This document shows positions 51,686 through 62,184 of a DNA stretch of 63,471 bases, one piece after another. Every line of letters starts with the position of its first letter. Positions within the stretch are counted from its first letter, which is position 1. Position numbers and translations under genes: made by a program. The DNA is from a bacterium (GTDB lineage: Bacteria; Acidobacteriota; Blastocatellia; HR10): the NCBI GenBank assembly GCA_041640655.1, contig JBEPZV010000009.1, positions 1 to 63,471 on the forward strand, given 5' to 3'. The notes beneath the pieces were generated by a model. It made no database searches. It saw only the letters and a list, made by a program, of their open reading frames with translations, and was not told where the DNA came from.

Positions 51686-53044
51686 TCATGAACGCGCGGA
51701 GGACTCCGCAGGCGCGACGGTCGCTCGCACGTCCGCGCGCGTCATGGCCCATTTCACAAGCGGCGGCGTGAGCAACGTCGTCACCATCACCATGATGACG
51801 ATGGCCGAGAAGATGGACGGAGTCACAATGCGTTGACCCTGCACGACGAGCGTCATCCCGATCCCAGCCACGATCAAGCCCACCTCGCCGCGCGGGATCA
51901 TGCCGAGCCCGATGGCCAATCGGTTCACGCCTCGCTCCCACACGGCCAGCCCGCACACCTGCTTGCCGAGAATGGCCGCCAGCGTCACCAGCGCCGCGAA
52001 GCCGAGAATGTCCGTTCGCCCAAAACTCGACAGATCCACGCGTATGCCCATCAGCACGAAGAAGACCGGGACCAAGACCGTCGTGAGCGGACGCAGCGCC
52101 TCTTCCAATCCATGCTCGCCGCGGTCGAGGAAATCCCGATAGTGCACCTTGTCGAGCAAGAGGCCGGCGGCGAACGCTCCCACGATCGTCGCCAGACCAA
52201 TGGCGCTGGCCAAGTAGGCCATCAGGAAGCAGAAGGAGAGGCTCGTCACCAGCAGCATCCCGTGCACGCGCAGCTTCGACGCCAGGTGAAAGAGGCGGGG
52301 GGAGAGGCGTTTCCCGATCCAGATCGCACCGAGGAGGAACCCCACGGACTTCACGACGATCCAGAGCGTGCTCATCCAAGGGAGTCCCGCCGCCCCGCGA
52401 TTGGCCGCGCGAATGAGCCCGCTGACGATGGCCAGGACGAGTAATCCGAGGACATCGTCAATCACAGCAGCTCCTAGGATGATGCGCGCCTCCCGGGTCG
52501 CCAGCTTCCCCAGGTCTCGGAGCACGCGGGCCGTGATCCCCACGCTCGTCGCACATAGCACCGCGCCCACATAGATATGCACGAACCGATGAGCCTTTGG
52601 CAACAGCCAGGCCGAGACCCCCCATCCGAGGAGGAAAGGCATGATCACCCCCACTGTCGCCACTGAGAAGGCCGACAGCCCGACGGCCTTCATCTCGGCA
52701 ATGTCCGATTCCAGTCCCACCTCAAAGAGAAGGAGGATGACGCCGATCTCAGCCAGAAGCGCGAGAAGCTCCTCGTTCTTGAGGAATTCGAGTCCGTGGA
52801 ATCCAAGCAGCGAGGCGTTCCCCAGGAGCATGCCGACGACCAACTCCCCAAGCACCGCCGGTTGGTGAAAGCGTTCGAAGACCGCGCCGCCGAGCTTCGC
52901 GCCGAGCAAGATCAAGATCAGTGCCAGCAGCACGCGCGCGACAGTTTGATGGTGATCCATGTCCGGCGTGGTCTCTTGTGCGAGAAGAGAAGAAGTGGAA
53001 GCCGCAAGCAGGAGCAGCAGAACGCTGCCGCGGAACTTCTCCAT
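51686..53044 (-). CDS. Cation:proton antiporter (CPA2/NapA-like)
   Basis: PAVLGELVVG, ATSVGIT, AAVIDDV, MIPRGEVGL. Confidence 0.92.
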   Translation of the reverse strand: MEKFRGSVLLLLLAASTSSLLAQETTPDMDHHQTVARVLLALILILLGAKLGGAVFERFHQPAVLGELVVGMLLGNASLLGFHGLEFLKNEELLALLAEIGVILLLFEVGLESDIAEMKAVGLSAFSVATVGVIMPFLLGWGVSAWLLPKAHRFVHIYVGAVLCATSVGITARVLRDLGKLATREARIILGAAVIDDVLGLLVLAIVSGLIRAANRGAAGLPWMSTLWIVVKSVGFLLGAIWIGKRLSPRLFHLASKLRVHGMLLVTSLSFCFLMAYLASAIGLATIVGAFAAGLLLDKVHYRDFLDRGEHGLEEALRPLTTVLVPVFFVLMGIRVDLSSFGRTDILGFAALVTLAAILGKQVCGLAVWERGVNRLAIGLGMIPRGEVGLIVAGIGMTLVVQGQRIVTPSIFSAIVIMVMVTTLLTPPLVKWAMTRADVRATVAPAESSARS

Positions 53045-53093
53045 AAGGGGAGAAGTGTACACAGCGCCACCGGATTTCGCCAGGATGCGTAGA

Positions 53094-53113
53094 GGAGGCC
53101 CCGAAGGGCCTCC
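53094..53113 (-). terminator. Stable cUUCGg hairpin after acs (no U-tract)
   Basis: GGAGGCCC-TTCG-GGGCCTCC on minus strand. Confidence 0.45.
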
Positions 53114-53137
53114 CCTCAACCGGGCTCACGTGGGGGC

Positions 53138-55129
53138 TCAACTCCCCTCGCCGTAGCGTTCCTCGTACATCTCTTTCAGGCGCTGGACGACGCTCGGATC
53201 GGCGAGCGTCGTCGTATCGCCCAGAACGCGCCCCTCGGCGATATCGCGCAGAAGCCGTCGCATGATCTTCCCCGAGCGCGTCTTCGGCAGCTCGGCCGTG
53301 AAGAACACGGCCGCCGGACGGGCCAAGGCCCCAATGCGCGTGACGATATACCCCTTCAGCTCCTCTCCCAGCTCAGTCGTCGCCGGGATGCCCTCGCGAA
53401 TGGTGACGAAAGCGACCGGGACCTGCCCCCTGACATCATCTGCTCGGCCGATGACGGCAGCTTCAGCGACGGCCGGATGCTCCACGAGCACGCTCTCCAG
53501 CTCCATCGTGCTCAACCGATGACCGGCTACGTTGATCACGTCATCCACGCGCCCCAGGAGCCAGAAATATCCGTCCTTGTCCTTGACCGCGGCATCGCCG
53601 GTGAAATATCGACCGGGAAAGCGCGACCAGTAGACCTGCACGTACCGTTCCGGATCACCCCAAATCGTGCGCGACATCGCGGGCCAGGGACGTGTCAGGA
53701 TGAGGTAGCCCGGGACTCCCTCGGGACAGGAACGCCCCTCCTCATCCACCACATCGGCGAAAATTCCAGGCAGCGGACGCGTGGCGGATCCTGGCTTGAG
53801 CGGCGTCACGCCCGGCAGCGGCGAGATCAGGATGCACCCGGTCTCCGTCTGCCACCATGTATCCACGACGGGGCACCGCTTGCCCCCAATGTGCTCCCAA
53901 TACCAGAGCCACGCCTCCGGGTTGATCGGCTCCCCAACTGTTCCTAAGAGGCGCAACGAGGAGAGATCATGCCGCTGGGGATACTCCTCTCCCCACTTCA
54001 TGAACGAGCGGATGGCCGTCGGCGCCGTGTAGAGGATGTTGATGCGATACTTCTCGATGAGCGCCCACCACCGATCCCGATCGGGATAATCCGGCGCCCC
54101 TTCGTACATGACCGTCGTCGCGCCGTTGCAGAGCGGTCCGTAGACGATATAGCTGTGCCCGGTCACCCATCCGATGTCCGCCGTGCACCAGTAGATGTCT
54201 TCGTCCCGCAGATCGAAGATCCATTTGTGCGTGGCCGCCACGCCGACCAAATACCCCCCTTGGACGTGGAGTTGCCCCTTGGGCCTGCCCGTCGTGCCGC
54301 TGGTGTAGAGGATATAGAGCGGATCTTCGCTGTCCATCTCCTCGCACGGACATTCGAGCGGCGCATGCTCCATCAGCCGGTGCCACCAGTGATCGCGCCC
54401 CTCCCGCATCGGGACATGCGTCGCGTCGAGGACGCCACGATGCACGACGATGACGTGCTCGACGTCAGGACACTCGGCGAGCGCTTCATCGGCGTTTCGC
54501 TTGAGCGGGACGATCTGACCACGTCGCCATCCCCCATCGGCGGTGATGAGCACGCGGCTTCCGGAGTCAAGGATGCGGTCGCGCAAAGCTTCGGCTGAGA
54601 AGCCGCCGAAGACCACACTGTGGATAGCTCCGATACGCGCGCAGGCGAGCATCGCGATGGGCAGCTCAGGAATCATCGGCAGGTAGATCGTCACGCGATC
54701 GCCGCGGCGCACGCCGAGCGCTTTGAGGACATTGGCGAACTTCTGCACCTCGCGATGCAGGTCCTGATACGTGAGGACGCGCTCTTCGCCCGGCTCTCCC
54801 TCCCAGATGATCGCCGCCTTCGTTCGCCGCCACGTCTGCGCATGCCGATCCACGCAGTTGTAGCAGACGTTCAATCGTCCGCCCACGAACCAGCGAAACC
54901 AGGGCGGGGAAGTCCCGGGCGCCGGCGGCGTCCATTCGAGCACGCGATCCCACGGGCGGGACCAGTGGACGAATTCTTCGGCCACGCGCCCCCAAAAGGC
55001 TTCGGGATCGCGCGCTGCCTCTTCATAGAGGTGCACATCGCGAATCCACGCCCGTTCGCGAAATGTGGCCGGAGGCGCGATGACCCGCTCTTGTCCCAAC
55101 AAGGCGTCTACGGTTCGCGTCGCGTCCAT
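53138..55129 (-). CDS. acs: Acetyl-CoA synthetase
   Basis: [43 protein letters not shown]17-CACAAT promoter at 55190-55218. Confidence 0.96.
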   Translation of the reverse strand: MDATRTVDALLGQERVIAPPATFRERAWIRDVHLYEEAARDPEAFWGRVAEEFVHWSRPWDRVLEWTPPAPGTSPPWFRWFVGGRLNVCYNCVDRHAQTWRRTKAAIIWEGEPGEERVLTYQDLHREVQKFANVLKALGVRRGDRVTIYLPMIPELPIAMLACARIGAIHSVVFGGFSAEALRDRILDSGSRVLITADGGWRRGQIVPLKRNADEALAECPDVEHVIVVHRGVLDATHVPMREGRDHWWHRLMEHAPLECPCEEMDSEDPLYILYTSGTTGRPKGQLHVQGGYLVGVAATHKWIFDLRDEDIYWCTADIGWVTGHSYIVYGPLCNGATTVMYEGAPDYPDRDRWWALIEKYRINILYTAPTAIRSFMKWGEEYPQRHDLSSLRLLGTVGEPINPEAWLWYWEHIGGKRCPVVDTWWQTETGCILISPLPGVTPLKPGSATRPLPGIFADVVDEEGRSCPEGVPGYLILTRPWPAMSRTIWGDPERYVQVYWSRFPGRYFTGDAAVKDKDGYFWLLGRVDDVINVAGHRLSTMELESVLVEHPAVAEAAVIGRADDVRGQVPVAFVTIREGIPATTELGEELKGYIVTRIGALARPAAVFFTAELPKTRSGKIMRRLLRDIAEGRVLGDTTTLADPSVVQRLKEMYEERYGEGS

Positions 55130-55254
55130 CCTCGCGGTCCTCCCTCGCCTGGTGATCGGGGCTTGTTCAACGCCCCCTGGTGAAGAGAGATTGTGCCCCT
55201 TGCGCATGTCGAAGTCAATTCCCATCTTCGCGACTCGCTGAGGCGGCGCATCCA

Positions 55255-57342
55255 TCAGCCCCGGAGCTCCCCCTTGTGCTCCTCGGCGACTCCCGGGGAG
55301 CGTCGCTCCGTTTGCCGTTCGCGCGCGGCCGGGGCCGATCGGGGCTTCCACTCGACGATCTTCCCCGCGATCGCCGAGGCCGCGACCGTGAGCGGGCTGG
55401 CGAGATACAGCTGCCCGGGGCCGCTGCGGCCAGGGAAGTTGCGATTCTGCGCGCTGATGGCCACCTGCTCGCGGCTCGTCGTCGCTCCCGGCCCCGCGTT
55501 GATGCAAGCGCCGCAACTGGGCTCGATCACGATCGCCCCCGCTTGTCGAAACAGCTCCAGGTATCCGCGTTCGGCGCAGTATTGGCGAACCTCTTGCGAG
55601 CCGAATTGGATGTAGAAGCGAACATCGGGATGGACGCGCCGCCCCTCGGCGAGAGCTTCGGCCAGCACGCGCGCGTACATGTCCATGTCCGCCTTCTTGC
55701 CAGCCGTGCAGGACCCCCCATAGGCGATCTGAATCCTCACCTCGCGATCCAAGCGAGCGATCTCGATGCCGTTGCCGGGGTCCCCCGGCAGCGCGATCAT
55801 CGGTCGGATCTCCGCGGCATCCAGCTCGATGACGTGCGCGTACTCAGCATCGGGATCGCTCTGCAGACCCTCGACCCACCGCTCCGCTTCGGCGCGCGAC
55901 ACCCCCCGGCGCTCGATCAGAAACTCCACCGTCTTCTCATCCGGAGCGACGATCCCCGTGAACCCACCGATCTCGGCCGCCATGTTCGTCAACGTCGCGC
56001 GCTCATCTATGTCGAGCGCCTCGACGGCTTCGCCCGCATATTCGATCACCTTCCCGATCGCCCTCCCGCTCCGCACGTACTCGAGCCGGAGGATCGCCAG
56101 GACGATGTCCTTCGCCGTGACGTTCTCCGGTTTTCGCCCGCGAATGAGGATCTTCACCGATTCGGGCACGCGCACGCGCACGTCGCGCGTGATCCAGGAA
56201 TTGAAGAGGTCCGTCGTGCCCACGCCGAAGGCGAGGGCTCCGATCGCTCCCGAATGCGGCGTATGGGAATCCGAGCCGATGATGACCTGCCCAGGAAGCG
56301 CATACTGCTCCAGGACGATGCTGTGGCAGATCCCTTCAGAGCCCTTGCGGTCGCTCAATTCGCCGTGATAGCGAATCCCTTGCTTTCGCGCGAACTCCTC
56401 CTGCTTGAGCTTGAGCTGCAGGGCCAAGTCCAGAAGCCCTTGAGCGCGTCGTTCCGGCGGCATGACGTCGTCCAGAAACGTCAGGTGATCGCGGAAGAGG
56501 AGGATCGAACCAGGATCGGCGACGCGTTCGTTCTCGCCGACGTAGCGCTCGAAGAAGATGGCGGCCATGGGTGTCACGTACTCGTGGCTGAAGCGCAGAT
56601 CGGCGCGAACGAAGCCGGCATCGCCCGGACGCACGGCGGGCACCCCGACGCGATCGCGCTGCAGATCCACGACCATGTGACGGGCGAAGATCTTCTCAGC
56701 CAATGTCATCGGTCGCGGTGTGGTCGTGATCGGCGGGATGAGAGCGCGCCCCTGAAGACGCGCGACATTGAATGGAAAGAGTCCGCCGAATTCCACAATC
56801 TGCCGCGTGACCTCATCCTCGCCCTCAGTGAAGGCCGCCAGCGGAATGTCCTCCCCACGCCGGATCTTCTCGATCAAATCGAAGTTCGTCGTCGTGAGCA
56901 ATCCCAGGTTCTGACAGTTCTGCTTGTAGATGCGCTCGATGTTCTCGGCGATCACGACGCGAATGCCGGCCATGAGTTCGGCAAATGGCGCCTGCTCGCG
57001 GCTGCTCCCTTTGCCGCGTCGCTTGCCCGAGACCGACGCGATGAACCCCCCGCGTTTGACGTCACCCCGGCCGATGGGGAATTGATCCCCTGCCTTCAAT
57101 CCGATGTAGGGGAAATCCCCGAGCGTCTCGTCGAAGTAGAAGCACACGTAAGCGGGCGTGATCTCGTCCGTCGAGATGTCATCGCGAAGCTTCATCTCCG
57201 GCGTCCACACGAGGTCTTCGCCCGCGAGCTGCCGACGGATCAGCTCCGGATCCTCCGTGAGAAAGAGGACACGTCCCGTGAAGCGCACGGTCGGCGGCCG
57301 CCGGGTGATCGGACGATATAAGAGGCTCTGAATCATGGGCAT
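55255..57342 (-). CDS. Aconitase-family hydratase, fused swivel (LeuD-like) + large (LeuC-like) domains
   Basis: [10 protein letters not shown] and GKGSSRE in N-terminal part; GICH, GSDSHT, GGSCTAG, PSCGACI in C-terminal part. Confidence 0.9.
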   Translation of the reverse strand: MPMIQSLLYRPITRRPPTVRFTGRVLFLTEDPELIRRQLAGEDLVWTPEMKLRDDISTDEITPAYVCFYFDETLGDFPYIGLKAGDQFPIGRGDVKRGGFIASVSGKRRGKGSSREQAPFAELMAGIRVVIAENIERIYKQNCQNLGLLTTTNFDLIEKIRRGEDIPLAAFTEGEDEVTRQIVEFGGLFPFNVARLQGRALIPPITTTPRPMTLAEKIFARHMVVDLQRDRVGVPAVRPGDAGFVRADLRFSHEYVTPMAAIFFERYVGENERVADPGSILLFRDHLTFLDDVMPPERRAQGLLDLALQLKLKQEEFARKQGIRYHGELSDRKGSEGICHSIVLEQYALPGQVIIGSDSHTPHSGAIGALAFGVGTTDLFNSWITRDVRVRVPESVKILIRGRKPENVTAKDIVLAILRLEYVRSGRAIGKVIEYAGEAVEALDIDERATLTNMAAEIGGFTGIVAPDEKTVEFLIERRGVSRAEAERWVEGLQSDPDAEYAHVIELDAAEIRPMIALPGDPGNGIEIARLDREVRIQIAYGGSCTAGKKADMDMYARVLAEALAEGRRVHPDVRFYIQFGSQEVRQYCAERGYLELFRQAGAIVIEPSCGACINAGPGATTSREQVAISAQNRNFPGRSGPGQLYLASPLTVAASAIAGKIVEWKPRSAPAARERQTERRSPGVAEEHKGELRG

Positions 57343-57571
57343 TCGCTCCTGGCCGGTCTCATTCGCGTTGGTGTTTCATCATACCACGAATTCGCGTCGG
57401 AATTCGAGACCAGGCGCACACTCCCCGCACGTGGTCCTTCGAAGAGAGCGAGCGACCGGCCTCGGGCGGACGAAGCGGACCCGCGTTATGTGAGCCCGCG
57501 TGAGCGAGTCATCCGAATTCAGCTTCAGATGAACGCGAACGCGCCTTCGTTTTGAGATCCACCTCGCTCCA

Positions 57572-57852
57572 CAGGGCTTCTGCGCGGGCATCCAGCTTCG
57601 GCCTGGCCCCAGGACGGGGTCGCTCCGTCACAGCAGCGTCCAGGCCCTCCGAACCGCTTGCGCAGGGTGCTGACGGTCCGGGGATTGATCGTCAGCGCCT
57701 CAGCTATGAGGGTGTCACTTCCGCATCCGAAAGCAGCACCCCACGGGCGCGCGTGAGCGTGTGGGCTTTTTCGCTCCCTTTTCTGAGCAGCTCCGGCAGA
57801 TCTTTGTGCTCTTGCTCGGTCAGCTTTACCCGGTCTGCCGGGGCCTGGACAT
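57572..57852 (-). mobile_element. Decayed IS630-like transposase 5' fragment
   Basis: AAGGAGGT RBS; pieces across frames: VKLTEQEHKDLPELLRKG, AHTLTRAR, IAEAL, TVSTLRKR, EGLDAAVTERPRPGARPKLD. Confidence 0.75.
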
Positions 57853-58249
57853 GACGCACCTCCTTTCCAAAGACCAGGATGCTTCGAAAAGGGAGTTAGC
57901 GCGTGAAGTCACTGTGGTACGAGGGCTCTGACGATTCTGCGGGAGCAGGCGGCTCACACGGAGGCGGATCGTGACGTCGTCTGTACGAACACTGCGTGCG
58001 ATCGTGCGGATGGACTGCCCCCTTCGCATCCGAGGGCTCGCCTTCGGCTCGCCCTGGGCGAGATTCGATCATCTGCTTCGCGGGCTCTCTGTGGAAGGCG
58101 GTCATCCCAAAAGGACTCGCCTGCGGCTCATCGCAAGTGGTATCCAAGCGTCCCTCGCCGCCTGGCGTGCCTGGGGGCACGGCCTTCGGCTATAATGGCC
58201 CCGGTATGCGAACGCGTGGTCTGATGAGATGCTTTTTGGAGAGGCGGCG

Positions 58250-59956
58250 ATGAGGCGGAGGGGGGTCTCCTTGATGCTGGTCATGGTTCTGGCGGCGCTC
58301 TCTGACGAGCCGCCGGCCGCGGTTTCGATGGGACGACCTGTTCGCGCGCGGCATGGGATGGTGGCCTCCACGCATGAGCTCGCCTCGCGCGTGGGCGTGG
58401 AGATCCTGCAGCGCGGGGGGAACGCCGTGGATGCGGCCGTCGCCGTCGCGCTCGCGCTGGCCGTCGTCCATCCGGCGGCGGGGAATTTGGGCGGCGGCGG
58501 ATTCATGCTCATCCGCATGGCCGATGGGCGCGCCTCCGTGATTGACTATCGCGAGATGGCTCCGGCGCGCGCCCATCGCGATATGTACGTGGACGAGAAG
58601 GGCGACGTCGTCCCCGAAGCCTCGACCGTCGGTCATCGAGCTGTCGCTGTTCCGGGGACGGTCGCGGGACTGGCGCTCGCTCTGGAGAAATACGGCACGA
58701 TGTCTTGGGCTGACGTCTGCCGACCCGCTGAACGGCTCGCGCGCGAGGGCGTGGTGCTCACGCATTTCGAAGCGGAGAGCTTGAGGCGCGCGGCGCGACT
58801 CCTTGAGCGTTTCCCCGAAAGCCGACGGATCTTCCTTCGCGATGGACGCTATTACGAGGAGGGGGAGATCTTCCGCCAGCCGGAGCTGGCGGAGACCTTG
58901 CGGCGACTCATCGAGCACGGCCCGCGTGAATTCTACGAGGGCGAGACGGCGCGTCGCATCGTCGCCGAGATGGAGGCCGGAGGGGGATTGATCACGCTCG
59001 ATGATCTGAAGAACTATCGCGCCATCGAACGCGCGCCGCTTCGCACGACGTATCGCGGTTATGAGATCCTGACGGTCCCGCCGCCGAGTTCCGGGGGCGT
59101 CGCCCTGATCGAGATGCTGCACATTCTGGAAGGCTTCGATCTGCGCGCTCTCGGTCACAACTCGGCCGATTATGTCCATCTGCTCGTCGAAGCGATGCGT
59201 CGCGCCTTCGCCGATCGCGCGCGTTTCCTCGGCGATCCCGATTTCGCGCGCATCCCGGTGAAAGGCCTCACGTCGCGCCGATATGCCGAAGCGCTGCGCC
59301 GAACGATTGACATGAAACGGGCGACGCCGAGTGCGACGCTGGCGCCCGGCGATGCCTTCGCCTACGAGTCCGAGCACACGACGCACTTCACCGTGGTGGA
59401 CGCGATGGGCAATGTCGTCGCCAACACCTACACGCTCAATGGCAGCTATGGCAGTGGCGTGGCCGTTCGCGGCGCCGGCTTCCTGCTCAACAACGAGATG
59501 GACGACTTCACGAGCAAGCCGGGCGTGCCGAACATGTTCGGACTCCTTCAGAGCGAGGCCAATCAGATCGGACCGCGCAAGCGTCCGCTCTCGGCCATGA
59601 CGCCGACCATCGTGCTCAGGGACGGGAAGCCCTATTTCGCCCTCGGCAGCCCGGGAGGGCCGACGATCATCAACACGGTCTTGCAGGTCATCCTCAACGT
59701 CATTGATTTCGGGATGAATCTTCAGCAAGCCATCGCGATGCCGCGCATTCATCATCAATGGATGCCGGATCAGATCGTCCATGAACCGTTCGGCCTCTCC
59801 CGAGACACGATGGAGGCGCTGCGCGCGCGCGGGCACACCTTCGCCGAGAGACCGCGCTACATGGGCGATGTGCAGGCGATCATGATCGAGCCGGAGACGG
59901 GCATGCGCCTGGGGGCTTCCGACCCACGCATGGATGGACGACCGGTGGGGTATTGA
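58250..59956 (+). CDS. ggt: Gamma-glutamyltransferase
   Basis: GGNAVDAAVA, GNLGGGGF, DYREMAP, TTHFTVVD, NNEMDDF, KRPLSAMTP. Confidence 0.96.
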   Translation: MRRRGVSLMLVMVLAALSDEPPAAVSMGRPVRARHGMVASTHELASRVGVEILQRGGNAVDAAVAVALALAVVHPAAGNLGGGGFMLIRMADGRASVIDYREMAPARAHRDMYVDEKGDVVPEASTVGHRAVAVPGTVAGLALALEKYGTMSWADVCRPAERLAREGVVLTHFEAESLRRAARLLERFPESRRIFLRDGRYYEEGEIFRQPELAETLRRLIEHGPREFYEGETARRIVAEMEAGGGLITLDDLKNYRAIERAPLRTTYRGYEILTVPPPSSGGVALIEMLHILEGFDLRALGHNSADYVHLLVEAMRRAFADRARFLGDPDFARIPVKGLTSRRYAEALRRTIDMKRATPSATLAPGDAFAYESEHTTHFTVVDAMGNVVANTYTLNGSYGSGVAVRGAGFLLNNEMDDFTSKPGVPNMFGLLQSEANQIGPRKRPLSAMTPTIVLRDGKPYFALGSPGGPTIINTVLQVILNVIDFGMNLQQAIAMPRIHHQWMPDQIVHEPFGLSRDTMEALRARGHTFAERPRYMGDVQAIMIEPETGMRLGASDPRMDGRPVGY

Positions 59957-59960
59957 CCGT

Positions 59961-62171
59961 ATGGCGAGCTCTCGATGGAAGCCACATGCCCTTCTCTGGA
60001 TCGGCCTCGCGCTGCTTGTGGGAAGCCCTGTGATCCCGCGGAGCGCCGGCCACACCGGGTTGGCGACGGCCATCATCTATCGGGATGAGTTCGGCGTCCC
60101 GCACGTCTTCGCCGCGGACCTGGAGGCAGCGGCTTACGCCGTCGGATATGCGCAAGCGGAGGATCGGCTCGAGGAGCTGCTCAAGAACTATCGCCGCGCC
60201 ACAGGGACGATGGCTGAAGTTTTCGGTCCCGCATTCTTCCGTCAGGATTACGTCCAACGCCTCTGGCGACACGCCGAGGTGAGTCGGCGGAATTATCATC
60301 GCCTCAGCCCGAAGGCGCGCGCCGTGATCGAGGCCTTCATCGAAGGCGTGAAGGCGTACATGAGGGAACATCCGGAGAAAGTGCCGGCTTGGGCGCCGGA
60401 GATTCAGCCCTGGCACGTCGTCGCTCTGGGGCGATTCATCCTCTTTGGTTGGCCGATGGGCGAAGCGCTGGCCGATCTGCGCCGCGTGGGGGTTGTGCCT
60501 GACCCGCCTCAAGGTCTTTCGCCTGAGCTGCGGCGCTTGTGGGGACGGCTCCAGAGTGATCTCGAACGCGGGGATCGTGGCTCCAACGCCATGCTCATCG
60601 CGCCCGAGCGCACGGCGATGCGCGCTCCGATCGCCATCATTGATCCGCATCTGGAGTGGTACGGCGAATTCCGCTTCTACCAGCTCCGCATCTATGCGGG
60701 CGAGTTCGCCGCCGCAGGCGTCGCCATTCTCGGCACGCCGCTTCCCGCCCTCGGGCACAGCGCCCACTGCTCCATCGCGATGACAACGGGAGGACCGGAT
60801 ACGGCCGATGTATACGAAGAGGAGGTCCATCCCGACAATCCGCGCCTCTATCGCTATGAGGGAGCGTGGCGCCCGATGCGCGTGCGCGTGGAGAAGATCG
60901 GCGTTCGAAGCGGCGATCGCCTGGAGTGGGTGAGCGTCGAGATCGAGGAGACGCATCATGGGCCGATCGTCGCGCGTCGAGGGAATCAGGCGTACGCGCT
61001 GGCCCTTCCGTATGCGGAAGAGGTCGAGTTGATGGATCAGACCCTCGAGATGCTGACGGCTCGCGACGTCGAGGAGATGAAGCGCGCGCTCGCGCGTCTT
61101 CAGCTCATGGCGCAGAATGTCTTGATCGGATGCACCTCGGGTGACATCTACTACGTGCGCATCGGGCGGGTGCCGGTCCGCCCCGCGGGCGTGGATCCGA
61201 GCCGTCCCATTCCAGGGCATACGGCGGCCACCGAATGGCGTGGGATTCATCCGCTCACCGATCTCGTGCAGCTCCTCAATCCTCCCTCGGGCTACATGCA
61301 CAATTGCAACGTGACGCCCTTCGCCATGATGCGGGAGAGCCCGCTCGTGCCGGAGCGATACCTCCCGTATATCTACAACGCGAGTCGCACGGCGCCGCGC
61401 CATCAACGAGGCGAGCGCGTGACGGAGCTGCTGGAAGCCGCCACGCGCGTTACCGAAGATCAGGCGCTCGCCCTCGCCTTCGATACCGGCGTCTGGCATG
61501 CCGAGTTGTGGCAAGCGCGCGTGAAGATGGCCTGGGAGCGCTCGCCCGAAACGGCGAAATCGGCCGATGCGGCTGTGGTCTACGAGCTGATCCAACAGTG
61601 GAATCGGCGGAGCGATCCCGACTCGGAAGGGGCGCTCGCGTTCTACGCCTTTAAGAAAGGGCTTGGTCCGGCGCTCGCGCCGCTCGTTGATCCTCCGCCC
61701 GCGGTGACCGATGCGCAACTTCTCGAAGCCTTGGAGCGCGCTGCGGCTTGGTTGAAAGCGACCTTTGGATCGCTGCGCGTCCCGTATGGGCGGTATTTCC
61801 GCGTCGGGCGTGAAGGAGGGAGGCGGACATGGCCCGTCGGCGGGGGGTCGCTCAATCACGGGCCGAACAATGTGGGGATGGCTACACCTCGCGCCATCGC
61901 GTTCGTCCCCAGTGGCGGCGTGATGCTCGGGCGCGCCGGACAATCGGCGACGCACATCGTGATCCTGACAAGACCCCCTCGCTCGTACTCGGTCGTTCCG
62001 CTGGGCCACAGCGATGACCCGAACAGTCCGCATTGGGATGATCAGGCCGAGAAGCTCTTCAGTCGAGGTCGAGCGGCGCCGACCTACTTCCTTCGTCGCG
62101 ACGAGCTGCTGCGGCACGTCACGGCGCGGAAAGTGGTGCGCCGGACGGTGACCGCCGGACGGCGCTCTTGA
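59961..62171 (+). CDS. Penicillin acylase-family (S45) Ntn hydrolase
   Basis: IYRDEFGVPHVFA, GYAQAEDR, GSN nucleophile motif, DPHL, HHGPIV, SPHWDDQA. Confidence 0.9.
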   Translation: MASSRWKPHALLWIGLALLVGSPVIPRSAGHTGLATAIIYRDEFGVPHVFAADLEAAAYAVGYAQAEDRLEELLKNYRRATGTMAEVFGPAFFRQDYVQRLWRHAEVSRRNYHRLSPKARAVIEAFIEGVKAYMREHPEKVPAWAPEIQPWHVVALGRFILFGWPMGEALADLRRVGVVPDPPQGLSPELRRLWGRLQSDLERGDRGSNAMLIAPERTAMRAPIAIIDPHLEWYGEFRFYQLRIYAGEFAAAGVAILGTPLPALGHSAHCSIAMTTGGPDTADVYEEEVHPDNPRLYRYEGAWRPMRVRVEKIGVRSGDRLEWVSVEIEETHHGPIVARRGNQAYALALPYAEEVELMDQTLEMLTARDVEEMKRALARLQLMAQNVLIGCTSGDIYYVRIGRVPVRPAGVDPSRPIPGHTAATEWRGIHPLTDLVQLLNPPSGYMHNCNVTPFAMMRESPLVPERYLPYIYNASRTAPRHQRGERVTELLEAATRVTEDQALALAFDTGVWHAELWQARVKMAWERSPETAKSADAAVVYELIQQWNRRSDPDSEGALAFYAFKKGLGPALAPLVDPPPAVTDAQLLEALERAAAWLKATFGSLRVPYGRYFRVGREGGRRTWPVGGGSLNHGPNNVGMATPRAIAFVPSGGVMLGRAGQSATHIVILTRPPRSYSVVPLGHSDDPNSPHWDDQAEKLFSRGRAAPTYFLRRDELLRHVTARKVVRRTVTAGRRS

Positions 62172-62184
62172 GGAGGCGCACGCG

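Noticed and set aside
57400..58150. CsrB-like GGA-repeat sRNA
   Set aside because: GGA motifs are irregular and partly explained by the IS630-like remnant
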